64,000 nucleotides of DNA, from assembly GCA_039799965.1 (NCBI GenBank), contig JBDLRS010000111.1, positions 60,394 through 124,393 on the forward strand. The letters run 5' to 3'. Positions 39,245 through 48,871 of the stretch are shown piece after piece (position 1 is the first letter of the stretch; every line of letters starts with the position of its first letter). A program made the position numbers and the translations under genes. A model generated the notes under the pieces. The model had not been told where the DNA came from. It did no database searches and saw nothing but the letters and a program-made list of their open reading frames with translations. The stretch is from Pseudomonadota bacterium. Its GTDB lineage: Bacteria; Bdellovibrionota_C; UBA2361; OMII01.

Positions 39245-39264
39245 AGTCCAGGTGGGGCCATTCC
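39245..39264 (+). repeat. second copy of the 20-nt attR-junction sequence
   Basis: 'AGTCCAGGTGGGGCCATTCC' at 39245-39264 equals 39138-39157. This includes 4 nt (TTCC) beyond the tRNA identity. Confidence 0.75.
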
Positions 39265-39361
39265 TTTGACGCTGCCGTAGGTGATGCGAGGCTTTTCAGC
39301 GACCGAGGACGGTCGCCCTCCCGTTATCGCGAGTTCGAACCAGCGAGCCCGCGACAATCGC

Positions 39362-40132
39362 CTAATTAAACCTCGCCCTCGGTGCGGCGCCTTTTACGAA
39401 ATTCAAAACCGAGGCTGCTTGAAGGTTTGTGTTATCACTTGCTCCCCCACTGACTCGGCACGCCGATGGCCCCGCGCGAACGATCGCCACGATGCCAGGC
39501 TGTCCATTATTTCCATCCAAGAGGAGAGCCCCGCCGGAGTCCCCCTGACACGTATCACCACTTCCGTCACTCAGCGAGTCTACTGAAAAGTCAGACACTC
39601 CGATTACTTCGAGTGTCGTGGCTTTGAGTGGGGCTTCACCACTTTCGATCCGGCTCACAAAGGTTTCGTCGTTCTGATCGAGACCAAATCCGTAGGTCAC
39701 CACACTATCCCCTGTCGCCACACCTCGTGAGGTGTTAATCGGAACGGGATTTACCGGCGCGTTCTGACCGATCGTCACAATAGCGACATCATTTTGATCA
39801 GAGGGAACGTACGGATTGAAACTGGGATGAACCTGCACCCGAGTTGAGCTGTACGAAAAATACTGCGATAGGATCGTCGCTGAGGTTCTACCATCCGCGA
39901 AGCAATGACCGGCGGTGAGGACCTGATTAGCGGTGATAAAGGTTCCGCTGCAGTATCCAGCCGAGGTACCAACAACCACTATCTGGTTCGGCCCGTCTGA
40001 ACATTCGGCCCCTCCGGCGATCTTTAACGTAGAGCATATACTTGAGTCGGTGTCGGAGCCGCCCCCTCCTCCACATCCCATACCAACAATCGAAACCGCG
40101 ATCATACAGATGAGTGAAAGCTTCACACGCAT
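39362..40132 (-). CDS. trypsin-like (S1) serine protease lipoprotein
   Basis: 256-aa ORF. Lipobox 'VGMGC' followed by a Gly run. Catalytic triad contexts 'LTAGHC', 'NDVAIV', 'CQGDSGGAL'. Confidence 0.9.
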   Translation of the reverse strand: MRVKLSLICMIAVSIVGMGCGGGGGSDTDSSICSTLKIAGGAECSDGPNQIVVVGTSAGYCSGTFITANQVLTAGHCFADGRTSATILSQYFSYSSTRVQVHPSFNPYVPSDQNDVAIVTIGQNAPVNPVPINTSRGVATGDSVVTYGFGLDQNDETFVSRIESGEAPLKATTLEVIGVSDFSVDSLSDGSGDTCQGDSGGALLLDGNNGQPGIVAIVRAGPSACRVSGGASDNTNLQAASVLNFVKGAAPRARFN

Positions 40133-40412
40133 ACCTATTTCCTTTCTGATAACGAGCTCACTCGGATAGTCGTTGGAACGACACTCAACTCGCGGCCTGT
40201 AGGTCGACCGATACCTGATTTACCGGTCCTTTGAAAGCCAATTTATCGCGCCGCCTCAGTCAAAACGGGGAGTTAAATGGACTAAATCGGCCTCGCCGTT
40301 GATATCCCGCGGTGCGCATGATACCAACTACCCACCGAGCGGCTGTGTTTCACCTCATACAGATGCGGTTGTCGCGCCCTCTCATCTCTCTATCTTAGGC
40401 AAAGGAAACCTC

Positions 40413-41537
40413 ATGGGATTTACGTGTGGTATCGTTGGACTTCCCAACGTTGGCAAATCGACAATCTTCAACGCGCTCACCTCCGCTAAAGCTGCCGCAG
40501 CGAACTTCCCTTTCTGCACGATTGAGCCGAATACCGGTGCGGTTCCTGTTCCCGACCCTCGCCTTGAGATCCTGGCAAACATCGCAAAGTCAGCGAAGTT
40601 AATCCCCGCTCAGATGACCTTCGTTGATATCGCGGGACTTATCCGTGGCGCCTCAAAGGGCGAAGGTCTCGGCAACCAATTCCTTGGCCACATTCGAAGC
40701 GTCGACGCCATCGCTCACGTAGTGCGGTGTTTCGACGACGAAAACATCGTGCACGTTGACGGTGGAGTAAATCCCCGTCGGGACGTAGAGACCATCGACA
40801 CGGAGCTCATCCTCTCTGACCTCGATGCTGTTCAGAAGGCGAAGCTTAAGCTTGAGAAGGTCGCCAAATCTGGAGACAAAGGGGCCAAGGCTCGCGTTAC
40901 CCTCCTTGAGGGATTAGAGTCATGGCTCAACCAAGGAAAGCCAGCTCGAGCCTTTAAGACATCTCCACAGTTCGGTGGAAGTGAGGAGGATTGGAGCGAG
41001 GTCTCTAGTAATCTCCTCACCTCAAAACCCGTACTCTTCGTGGCGAACGTTCATGAGAAGGACCTCCTTCACGTTCCAACCCCGGGAGGCGCTCACCCAA
41101 TCGACGAGCTCGCGGCATACGCGGCCGAACACAACTCGCCGCTCGTGACCATCTCAGGTCAGGTTGAAGCTGAGATCGCGGAGCTCAACGCCGTTGAGCG
41201 CAAGGAGTTCCTCGCCTCCATGGGTGTAGAGCAATCCGGTCTCGATCGTCTTACGATCGCTGGATACAAGCTGCTCGACCTCATCACCTTCTTCACCATC
41301 GGACCGAAAGAGGCTCACGCGTGGACCGCGAAAGCCGGCAGCACCGGCCCACAATGCGCTGGAAAAATTCACTCTGACTTCGAGCGAGGATATATCCGAG
41401 CCGAGGTGATTTCGTACGGAGATTACGTCGCGGCGGGCTCTGAAGTTAAAGCTAAAGAGAATGGAAAGATGCGCACTGAGGGCAAAGAGTACATCATGCA
41501 GGACGGTGACATCGTGCATTTCCGTTTCAACGTCTAA
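40413..41537 (+). CDS. ychF: ribosome-binding ATPase YchF
   Basis: ORF 40299..41537. ATG 40413 gives 'MGFTCGIVGLPNVGKSTIFNALT'. 'FVDIAGLIRGASKGEGLGNQFL'. C-terminus 'MQDGDIVHFRFNV'. Confidence 0.9.
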   Translation: MGFTCGIVGLPNVGKSTIFNALTSAKAAAANFPFCTIEPNTGAVPVPDPRLEILANIAKSAKLIPAQMTFVDIAGLIRGASKGEGLGNQFLGHIRSVDAIAHVVRCFDDENIVHVDGGVNPRRDVETIDTELILSDLDAVQKAKLKLEKVAKSGDKGAKARVTLLEGLESWLNQGKPARAFKTSPQFGGSEEDWSEVSSNLLTSKPVLFVANVHEKDLLHVPTPGGAHPIDELAAYAAEHNSPLVTISGQVEAEIAELNAVERKEFLASMGVEQSGLDRLTIAGYKLLDLITFFTIGPKEAHAWTAKAGSTGPQCAGKIHSDFERGYIRAEVISYGDYVAAGSEVKAKENGKMRTEGKEYIMQDGDIVHFRFNV

Positions 41538-41564
41538 CGGGAGAGCGTGTTCTGCAGCCCCTAG

Positions 41565-41600
41565 CACAAATCTTGGCGCAGCCAAGTTTGTGTAGGAAAA
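41565..41600 (+). repeat. 36-bp hairpin repeat, copy 1
   Basis: 'CACAAATCTTGGCGCAGCCAAGTTTGTGTAGGAAAA' is identical to 41693-41728. It is internally self-complementary (CACAAATCTTGGC / GCCAAGTTTGTG). Confidence 0.8.
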
Positions 41601-41692
41601 CGGTTCGCGTAGGAAAAGAACCGCGCCAGAGATGAACCCAGGGAGTCCTAACCTAGGGGGGGTCCCTAGGGGCAGCAGCCCCTAGGCCGTCA

Positions 41693-41728
41693 CACAAATC
41701 TTGGCGCAGCCAAGTTTGTGTAGGAAAA
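41693..41728 (+). repeat. 36-bp hairpin repeat, copy 2
   Basis: Identical to 41565-41600. Both copies are preceded by GCAGCCCCTAG. Confidence 0.8.
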
Positions 41729-41733
41729 AAAAC

Positions 41734-41806
<73 letters not shown>

Positions 41807-41896
41807 ACAACGCTGTGAACGAGCCAACTATACGGAATTATAACGAGCTTGTCACCACTCGGGGGGCACCGATACACCCCATGGAGTCTAAATCCC

Positions 41897-42445
41897 TCAA
41901 AAATCACCCCCAGAGGCCGCTGAAGCCGAAAAAACTTCCAGGAACCGGGCCAAAACCTCCTCGGGATCGGCTACGTCGTTGAGGAGTCGTGGACCGACGC
42001 TCGGAGGTTGGAAGTTAGCCCGTATCATGGTGGCGTATTCCGCGGAGACCGCATTCCCCCGAGCCTGCAGACGCTGGGTAATAAGCTCGTCCGGAGCATC
42101 GACCCACACCAAGGCCACTCCGGGATGCTCTGAAGCCACAAAGGCGCGGTGACGCTCCTTGTACGCTGCTTGCATAACCAGAACCTTAGGGTAGGTTTCT
42201 TTGAGATGTCTAATTCTATCACTCACGATGGTGAAGAACTCATCACGCATCTCATCGGTGAAGGGTCGTCCCTCCGCAATAGCGGCTCGCATAGCGGCGG
42301 TGCAATCGGCATCGAGATCGTAACAGTGATAACCCAGGCGTGCTGAAATCAGATTCCCGCAGAAGGTCTTGCCGGCACCGGCGAGGCCAAAAAAGAAAAG
42401 GAGGGGGGGAAGGTTGTTCCCCGATATCTGTTGGGCCGGGACCAT
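41897..42445 (-). CDS. P-loop kinase-like protein (gluconokinase/AAA_33-like)
   Basis: 182-aa ORF. Walker A 'GLAGAGKTF' followed by 'YHCYDLDAD'. Confidence 0.55.
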   Translation of the reverse strand: MVPAQQISGNNLPPLLFFFGLAGAGKTFCGNLISARLGYHCYDLDADCTAAMRAAIAEGRPFTDEMRDEFFTIVSDRIRHLKETYPKVLVMQAAYKERHRAFVASEHPGVALVWVDAPDELITQRLQARGNAVSAEYATMIRANFQPPSVGPRLLNDVADPEEVLARFLEVFSASAASGGDF

Positions 42446-42561
42446 AGAGGGTGGACTCTAAGACGTATTAGCTCCCGTTTCCATACAGGCACCCGACTAT
42501 CTGACAAAAAATCGGACTCTAAACGGTACCAGGGTATCTTGTCCGACTAGATCCGGACACG

Positions 42562-43023
42562 TTATCTGTGAGGGTTTCCGAAGGGAACGCAGTTGGCGCA
42601 CTCGGCGGTGAATTCCATAGAATCCGAGGTGAGAACGACCATCGGAAAGGTCACGCTGTAGTCACCGACCTCCCCCGGTACCAACACGGCCTTGCCCGAT
42701 AACTGCAACGGGACGCCACGAAACTTTCCCATCACGACGATCCCCTGGGCGGTTTGTTCCCCCCGGTTTTTAATTTTGAGCTGAACTCCCTTTAGACGGG
42801 TTATCGAGCCATCCTCCCACGTTTTCACAGGCCCCATGATCACATCAAGATCGGCAAGCTGAGAAACGCTCGCGGGTTGTTGCGGCGCGGATGTAAAAGA
42901 AGACCCCAGGGCTATGACTATAAGAACGAAGATCCCCAAGGCAGCAATAACGAAGGTCTGCAGATTGTTTTCCACCCACGAGGGCAAGCCAGCCCTCTTT
43001 TTTTTCGGCAAATATGAATTCAC
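42562..43023 (-). CDS. hypothetical single-pass membrane protein
   Basis: 153-aa ORF with one TM ('FVIAALGIFVLIVIALG') and a beta-rich C-terminus. Confidence 0.45.
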   Translation of the reverse strand: MNSYLPKKKRAGLPSWVENNLQTFVIAALGIFVLIVIALGSSFTSAPQQPASVSQLADLDVIMGPVKTWEDGSITRLKGVQLKIKNRGEQTAQGIVVMGKFRGVPLQLSGKAVLVPGEVGDYSVTFPMVVLTSDSMEFTAECANCVPFGNPHR

Positions 43024-43261
43024 GTTTCGTTACTCCTCGACCCGTATCGTCCAGTAAATAGTACCGTCATACTCAGCCCCCCGAAAAGACTGAAATAAAA
43101 GTCCGCTAAAAACCTCGTTCCATAGCTCCGCCCCGTGCCGCGGCGAGCCGCGCACAAAACAGATGCGATATCCTCGATCACCAGCTCAGGTTCGAGATGG
43201 TCTCTCATTTGAAAAATCACCCTTAATCTGAGATAGTCCGACCACACATCGTACCGGAATC

Positions 43262-44227
43262 ATGAACACCAAAAGCCTCATCAAGCTCGCTCTCAGCATC
43301 CTCATGGCGGGAATCGTGCTCAGATCGGTCGACTTGAAAAACCTGCGGACGACCTTCCTGACGATGTCTCCGGGCGCGGTGATTTTGGTCGTGGTCGGCT
43401 ACACGATCGGTCAACTGATCAGCTCTGTGAAGTGGTGGACCATTGCTCGTTCGGGCGGAATCACCACCGCCTACCCCTCCGCGCTCAAAGCATACTTTAT
43501 CGGAATGTTCCTCAACTGCTTTAGCTTCGGGATGTTGGGAGGCGATGCCGCTCGGGGAATTCTTGTGGCGCAGGGCCAACCGAAGAAGACCGAAGGGCTA
43601 GCGTCCGTTGTAGCAGATCGAGTTCACGGCCTTATCGTACTGAGCTGCATCGCCCTTCTGACGAGCGTGATCATGGGACGGGACCGTGTCGCCCCTGATC
43701 TTATTCAGCTCCTCCTGCTCCTCGTGATTGGATGTACCGCGGGATGGCTTATCGGTCCTTGGATCCTCCCCCGACTACCATTCATGAGGACAACTAGGAT
43801 CGGTCTAAAACTACAGCAGGTGATGACGATATTTCCCAGAGATTTGAAGACACTCACCGTCATTACGAGCCTTTCAGTGGCCTTTCATCTTCTGCAGATC
43901 TCCCTTCATTGGGTAATGGCGTATGGGATGGGAATAACTATCTCCTTCACCACACTCCTCATGGTCATTCCGTTCGTAAATATCGTGTGCAGCTTGCCGA
44001 TTAGTTGGAACGGACTTGGTGTACGGGAAAAAGCCTACACATACTTTTTAGCAACCGCACCGGCGATCGTTACCTATGAACAAGCCGTTGCGTTCGGGGC
44101 TATCTGGCTCCTCGCCGTCACGGTATCGAGCGCTATCGGAGGAATCGTGGCTATGATGTCAGAAGATATGCGAAATCTCAAAGCTCAACCAAGAGCCGAA
44201 CGAAGCTCCGCCGAAACTGCTCTATAG
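43262..44227 (+). CDS. flippase-like / lysylphosphatidylglycerol-synthase-TM-domain (UPF0104) membrane protein
   Basis: 321-aa polytopic ORF. The N-terminus 'LIKLALSILMAGIVLRSVDLKNL' is typical of this family as I recall it. Confidence 0.65.
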   Translation: MNTKSLIKLALSILMAGIVLRSVDLKNLRTTFLTMSPGAVILVVVGYTIGQLISSVKWWTIARSGGITTAYPSALKAYFIGMFLNCFSFGMLGGDAARGILVAQGQPKKTEGLASVVADRVHGLIVLSCIALLTSVIMGRDRVAPDLIQLLLLLVIGCTAGWLIGPWILPRLPFMRTTRIGLKLQQVMTIFPRDLKTLTVITSLSVAFHLLQISLHWVMAYGMGITISFTTLLMVIPFVNIVCSLPISWNGLGVREKAYTYFLATAPAIVTYEQAVAFGAIWLLAVTVSSAIGGIVAMMSEDMRNLKAQPRAERSSAETAL

Positions 44228-44278
44228 GGCCTAGGATCCCCAGGGCCTAGGATCCCCAGGGCCTAGGATCCCCAGGGC
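44227..44278 (+). repeat. tandem repeat, 16-bp unit GGGCCTAGGATCCCCA x 3.25
   Basis: Units at 44227, 44243 and 44259, plus a partial GGGC. The array starts at the last base of the preceding stop codon. Confidence 0.9.
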
Positions 44279-44419
44279 TGACGATACCCAAGGTCCTCAT
44301 GTGGGCGGGGGCTTTCCGAAATACAAAGGCGCATAGTGCGCGTTTACTGGGCATATGGAGCGCGCGCATGTACGTCTGCGACTCCGATGATGCGTAACGC
44401 GTGGAAGGGACCTCTGCCA

Positions 44420-45436
44420 CTACGAGAGCCACACACCCTCAAATACATCGCTGTGGTCGAGGCATTTTCCCGCACCTTCAGCGACAACACCGAGAGGATC
44501 CGCTGGAACGGTAACCTCAAGCTCAAGCTCCTCTGAGAGTCGCTTTCCAAGCCCTCGCACCAAGGCACCGCCGCCGGCGAGCGCAAGACCGCGATGGATA
44601 ATATCACCGGCTAATTCTGGCGGGGTATTTTCAAGGGTCTGCCGAATAGCGAGCACTATCGAACCGATTACCTCGCTCATCGCCTCACGTACCTCTCGGC
44701 CACTAATCAGAAGAGCGGTTGGCGTGCCGTGAATGAGCGAACGGCCTCGAACCTCCATCACCTCATCATCGTAATCCGGATGGGCGGTCCCGATCGATTT
44801 CTTTATCTGTTCGGCGGTCGCCTCCCCTATCAGAACGTGGTGACGACGGCGCATATAATTCACGATCGCTTCATCAAGCGCGTCTCCACCCTGGCGGAGG
44901 GAGGCTGAGCACACCATATCCTTCATGCTGATGATCGCGATATCGGTTGTTCCTCCACCGATGTCAACAACGAGACTTCCAACCGGCTCCGTTACAGGGA
45001 GATCACAACCAATAGCGGCGGCCATAGCCTCATCGATCAATCGCACCTCTCGAGCCTGCCCCTCAACTGCCTCACGAATCGCCCGCTTCTCAACTTCGGT
45101 GATACCGCAGGGAACACCCACCATGATGCGTGGTTTGGAGATAGACCACCACGTGGCCCGCACACGCGATATGAAATGCCGAAGCATCAAGCTCGCAACC
45201 TCGAAGTCCGCGATGACACCGGTGCGAACAGGACGAATCACAACAACCCCTTCCGGCGTCTTTCCGAGCATCGTCTTCGCTTCAGAGCCGTACGCCACCG
45301 GGATACGTTTTCCGTTCACCTCTTTGAGCGCGACCATAGAGGGCTCATTGAGAAGAATCCCTACGCCCTTCTCGTAGATGAGGGTATTGGCTGTTCCTAA
45401 ATCAATCGCGAGATCTCGACCAAAGACGCGCTTCAT
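44420..45436 (-). CDS. mreB: rod-shape-determining protein MreB
   Basis: 'DLAIDLGTANTLIY', 'LVVDIGGGTTDIA', 'LAGGGALVRGL'. Start is ATG 45436 (GTG 45445 alternative). Confidence 0.9.
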   Translation of the reverse strand: MKRVFGRDLAIDLGTANTLIYEKGVGILLNEPSMVALKEVNGKRIPVAYGSEAKTMLGKTPEGVVVIRPVRTGVIADFEVASLMLRHFISRVRATWWSISKPRIMVGVPCGITEVEKRAIREAVEGQAREVRLIDEAMAAAIGCDLPVTEPVGSLVVDIGGGTTDIAIISMKDMVCSASLRQGGDALDEAIVNYMRRRHHVLIGEATAEQIKKSIGTAHPDYDDEVMEVRGRSLIHGTPTALLISGREVREAMSEVIGSIVLAIRQTLENTPPELAGDIIHRGLALAGGGALVRGLGKRLSEELELEVTVPADPLGVVAEGAGKCLDHSDVFEGVWLS

Positions 45437-45578
45437 ATCCCACACTATGCACTACAACGATTACTCTCTTGTCTCAGGCACCATAAAGGGCCGAATATCG
45501 ATATGGTGGCACATTTCATTTACGATGTACAAATGCCCAGGACCGCTCCTTAGACCGGTCCACACGAGAGAAGAAGCT

Positions 45579-46430
45579 ATGAAAGATATCAAAACTGTTG
45601 GGATTGTTGGGGCCGGTCAGATGGGCGCTGGAATAGCGCAGGTTATCGCAGCGGCGGGCTACACGACGATCCTATGGGATGCCGCCCCCCAAGCGATTGA
45701 GCAAGGTATCGCGGGGATAGACGCTCGCCTATTCAAGGCTGTCGAAAAAGGCACGATTGACTCCTCGCAACGAACCGCCACCCTCTCCCGGCTTTCTAAG
45801 GGGACTACGATCGCGGACCTCTCAGCCTGCGACCTCGTTATCGAGGCGGTGATTGAGCAATTCGAGGCTAAGGCTGCGCTTTTTAAAGAGGTCGACAGGG
45901 TGCTCCCTGTCGACTCGTTGCTCGTGAGCAATACCTCCTCAATCTCAATCACCCGGCTCGCGGCCGCCACCAAACGGCCCGAGCAGGTTATGGGCGTTCA
46001 CTTCATGAATCCTGTGCCGGTGATGAAGTTAGTGGAGCTCATTCGAGGGCTGCAAACGAGCGATGCAACGTACAACACACTTGAGTCGTTCTGCGCCGCG
46101 ATTCAAAAAACAACGGTCCTCGCGATTGATGCTCCGGGGTTCGTTGTAAATCGCATTCTCTGTCCGATGCTTAATGAGGCGATCTTCCTCGTGCAAGAGG
46201 GCGTAAGGCCAGAAGACATCGACACCGCGATGAAGCTCGGCACCAACCAGCCGATGGGGCCACTTACCCTAGCGGACTTTGTGGGGCTCGATACCCTTCT
46301 CTATATTCTTCAGGTGCTTCATCGAGAGCTCGGAGAGGACAAGTATCGTCCATGTCCACTACTCATCAAATATGTTGAAGCTGGGTGGTTCGGCAAAAAG
46401 AGCGGTCGCGGATTCTACACATATTCGTAG
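45579..46430 (+). CDS. 3-hydroxyacyl/3-hydroxybutyryl-CoA dehydrogenase
   Basis: ORF 45378..46430. ATG 45579 gives 'MKDIKTVGIVGAGQMGAGIAQV' (Rossmann). 'HFMNPVPVMKLVELI'. 'GKKSGRGFYTY'. Confidence 0.85.
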   Translation: MKDIKTVGIVGAGQMGAGIAQVIAAAGYTTILWDAAPQAIEQGIAGIDARLFKAVEKGTIDSSQRTATLSRLSKGTTIADLSACDLVIEAVIEQFEAKAALFKEVDRVLPVDSLLVSNTSSISITRLAAATKRPEQVMGVHFMNPVPVMKLVELIRGLQTSDATYNTLESFCAAIQKTTVLAIDAPGFVVNRILCPMLNEAIFLVQEGVRPEDIDTAMKLGTNQPMGPLTLADFVGLDTLLYILQVLHRELGEDKYRPCPLLIKYVEAGWFGKKSGRGFYTYS

Positions 46431-46589
46431 ATCGCGTAGGCGACACCACTCTTCCCGCCGCGGATTACGAGCCATGCCTCGTTCTCATGAGATCATTAAA
46501 GACACTTCGAATATAGTCTCTCGCGCGCATCGTTACCCCTCCTCCTCAACTAAGACCGTATTGAAAAACCCATCGCCATACACGTAAGC

Positions 46590-47135
46590 CTATGAGGTGA
46601 TGTCTCGAGGGATCACTCGAAACACGCCGTAGTCCTGAATCGAGCGATGGTGCGACGCGGCGTCTATCATATCCTCGCTGAGAAGAATCAAGGCCCGTTC
46701 ATTTTCCTCGGCTTGGGAGAGCATCCCCTCTAGCGACAGCACCGCATCCTCCTCCTCAAGAGCGTCAGCAAACGAGCGCGTCAACTCATAGCTACTCTTC
46801 TCAAAGTGCGTCACCTGACGCAGAGTGGTCATAATAGCGAGATCTATCACCCGCTCATCTCCACGTACCTCAGAGAGCGCGATCGCTTGACGTGTCAGCG
46901 CCTCCATGACGCCACATCGCTCACCACCAAGGTTCTCAAGGACGATCTTTGAGATCCCCTCAAGCCGCTCACACCGCTCCTCGACCTGAAGCTGATACTC
47001 TCGAACAAGGGACTTAACTTCTCTAGCCGACAGGCCCTGAAGTATCTTCGGTAATGACTTAGAGAGCTGATGTTCCCCTGAATACATCAGTCTGAGCTGT
47101 TGCATGAAGAGCCCGCGAAGAGTTTGAAGAGCCAT
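46590..47135 (-). CDS. ferritin-like DUF892 (YciE/YciF-like) protein
   Basis: ORF 46590..47261; ATG 47135 is likely. 'LRLMYSGEHQLSKSLPKIL' resembles the DUF892 N-terminal motif. Confidence 0.55.
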   Translation of the reverse strand: MALQTLRGLFMQQLRLMYSGEHQLSKSLPKILQGLSAREVKSLVREYQLQVEERCERLEGISKIVLENLGGERCGVMEALTRQAIALSEVRGDERVIDLAIMTTLRQVTHFEKSSYELTRSFADALEEEDAVLSLEGMLSQAEENERALILLSEDMIDAASHHRSIQDYGVFRVIPRDITS

Positions 47136-47375
47136 AGCCAGTACCTCGTGAAAAGCCACATCAAGACCTTCCACGCCGAGAGTGGAAAGTGCGATGGGGC
47201 TGAGTTCGGGAAAATTCCGTGTGAACCGCTCTTGGATTCGGAGAGGGTTCACACAGGTCACCTTACGGTTCCCGAGTGTGCCCCTACTCTTCAGATCGAT
47301 GCATGAGCGGAGTCACCTTTTGACGTTGAAACGATTTATTGCCGGCTTGCGTGAGACCATTTAGACTTGGTCGAG

Positions 47376-48440
47376 ATGAAACTCCAGAGCTCTCCACCAT
47401 CCGGAAATTGCGCTCCCGCCAAACCACGCGGACGAGCGCCAAGATCTCGCGGCATGGCTCTGATCATGATTGTGTTCATGATCGCTCTCGCGTCCGCCAT
47501 CCTGATCTCTTTAACCGATTCAACCTATGTGGCGATGAGACTCAACGGTGCGGCGGAGCAACGAATTAAAGCTGAGTACATCCTCAAGTCGGCCGTGAAT
47601 GTGGCTCAGGTGCTCATCAAAAGTGACCTCACTAATTTCGATGACCCGACCCAGGACGCGTGGATGATATTCGTTGAGGGACGAGAGGTACCGGGAGAGC
47701 TACTCGCGATTCCCGAACCGAACATCCGAGTATCGCTGCTGATCTCATCAACAAACGCGAAGATACCTATTCTGAAGACCTATTCATCGGGAGCTGTGCA
47801 ACAGGAATGGAAAGCGATCCTTCTGCGATTGTTCGTTCAGTTAGGATTTGACCAACCTCTTCCCATGAATCAGGCGCCTGACGGCTCTCCACTTCCAGAG
47901 GCCAAACAACTAGTGGCAAACCTCATCGATTACCTCGACACCGATGAGAACAATTTTCCAGGAGACTCACTCATCCCCCCCGGCATCGAGGAAACCCTTC
48001 CCGACCAGAGAAAATTTCCGAATTCTGGCGGCATCGACTCCCTCGCGAACGAGCTTCCCGCAATTCCAGGTTTCTCAGCGGGACGCATTCAACGCCTCCT
48101 TCCCTACGTTACCGGCCGTCGAACCTCATATATCAATGTCAACGCAGCGCCGATGGAGGTTCTCTCCGCGGTTGTAACCGACCCCTCGGCAGCCGCCAGC
48201 ATCGAGCAGTGCAGGAATCCAGCCGCCGGCGGAGGTCCGATTCAGAATCCGTCAACTGACCTCCTCGCTCGATGTGGGGTAAGCGACCCGAACTCCAGCC
48301 TATTTCGGGGACAGGGACAGTGGTTTGATATTATCGCCAAGGTTGAATACGGAACCTCGATGTTCATGGCGAGCGCGGAATTGGACAATACGAGCGGCGG
48401 CGGAAGACTTCCAAAGATCGAGAGTTTCCAGATGTATTAG
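47376..48440 (+). CDS. GspK-like type II secretion minor pseudopilin
   Basis: ORF 47367..48440. 'RGMALIMIVFMIALASAIL' hydrophobic N-terminus. 'LIDYLDTDEN'. 'INVNAAPMEVLSAV'. No other T2SS or pilus genes are adjacent. Confidence 0.6.
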   Translation: MKLQSSPPSGNCAPAKPRGRAPRSRGMALIMIVFMIALASAILISLTDSTYVAMRLNGAAEQRIKAEYILKSAVNVAQVLIKSDLTNFDDPTQDAWMIFVEGREVPGELLAIPEPNIRVSLLISSTNAKIPILKTYSSGAVQQEWKAILLRLFVQLGFDQPLPMNQAPDGSPLPEAKQLVANLIDYLDTDENNFPGDSLIPPGIEETLPDQRKFPNSGGIDSLANELPAIPGFSAGRIQRLLPYVTGRRTSYINVNAAPMEVLSAVVTDPSAAASIEQCRNPAAGGGPIQNPSTDLLARCGVSDPNSSLFRGQGQWFDIIAKVEYGTSMFMASAELDNTSGGGRLPKIESFQMY

Positions 48441-48574
48441 GGACCATCAAGGCCCCATAAACCTTATAGATATCATACAGTTAGACAATACATCTGCGAT
48501 TGCGGGCTAATCTTTGACAATGTACCCAGGAATATATAAGGTTTGCGGGAATTTTTAACCCTGCGAGAAGTACT

Positions 48575-48817
48575 ATGGCACGTCGTTGTGATATCTCTGG
48601 TGTAACTCATCAAAATGGTAACCGTGTTAGCCACGCTAACAACAAGACTCACCACAAGTTCGAGTCGAACCTTCAGTCGAAGCGATTGTTCGTTCCAGAG
48701 TTGGGCAAGACCGTTCGCGTGCGTGTATCGACCCGCATCCTTCGCACGATCGACAAGCTCGGCTTCACCGGCGCTCTCAAAAAGTTCAATCTTACGATCG
48801 CGGACGTAGCCAAGTAA
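48575..48817 (+). CDS. rpmB: 50S ribosomal protein L28
   Basis: 'MARRCDISGVTHQNGNRVSHANNKTHHKFESNLQ'. Confidence 0.9.
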   Translation: MARRCDISGVTHQNGNRVSHANNKTHHKFESNLQSKRLFVPELGKTVRVRVSTRILRTIDKLGFTGALKKFNLTIADVAK

Positions 48818-48871
48818 GGAGGTCAGCGCATGGCGCTGGCTCACGTACCTACCCCTTTTATCCACGTGCAT

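Noticed and set aside
38887-39357. 156-aa minus-strand ORF spanning attR
   Set aside because: Its translation reads through the tRNA-derived repeat and the T-arm palindrome ('WPHLDLNQGPTGYEPLK'). It has no SD and no motif, so it is an artefact of the att scars.
44227-44278. CRISPR array?
   Set aside because: The units are contiguous 16-mers with no spacers, and there are no cas genes, so this is a plain tandem repeat.
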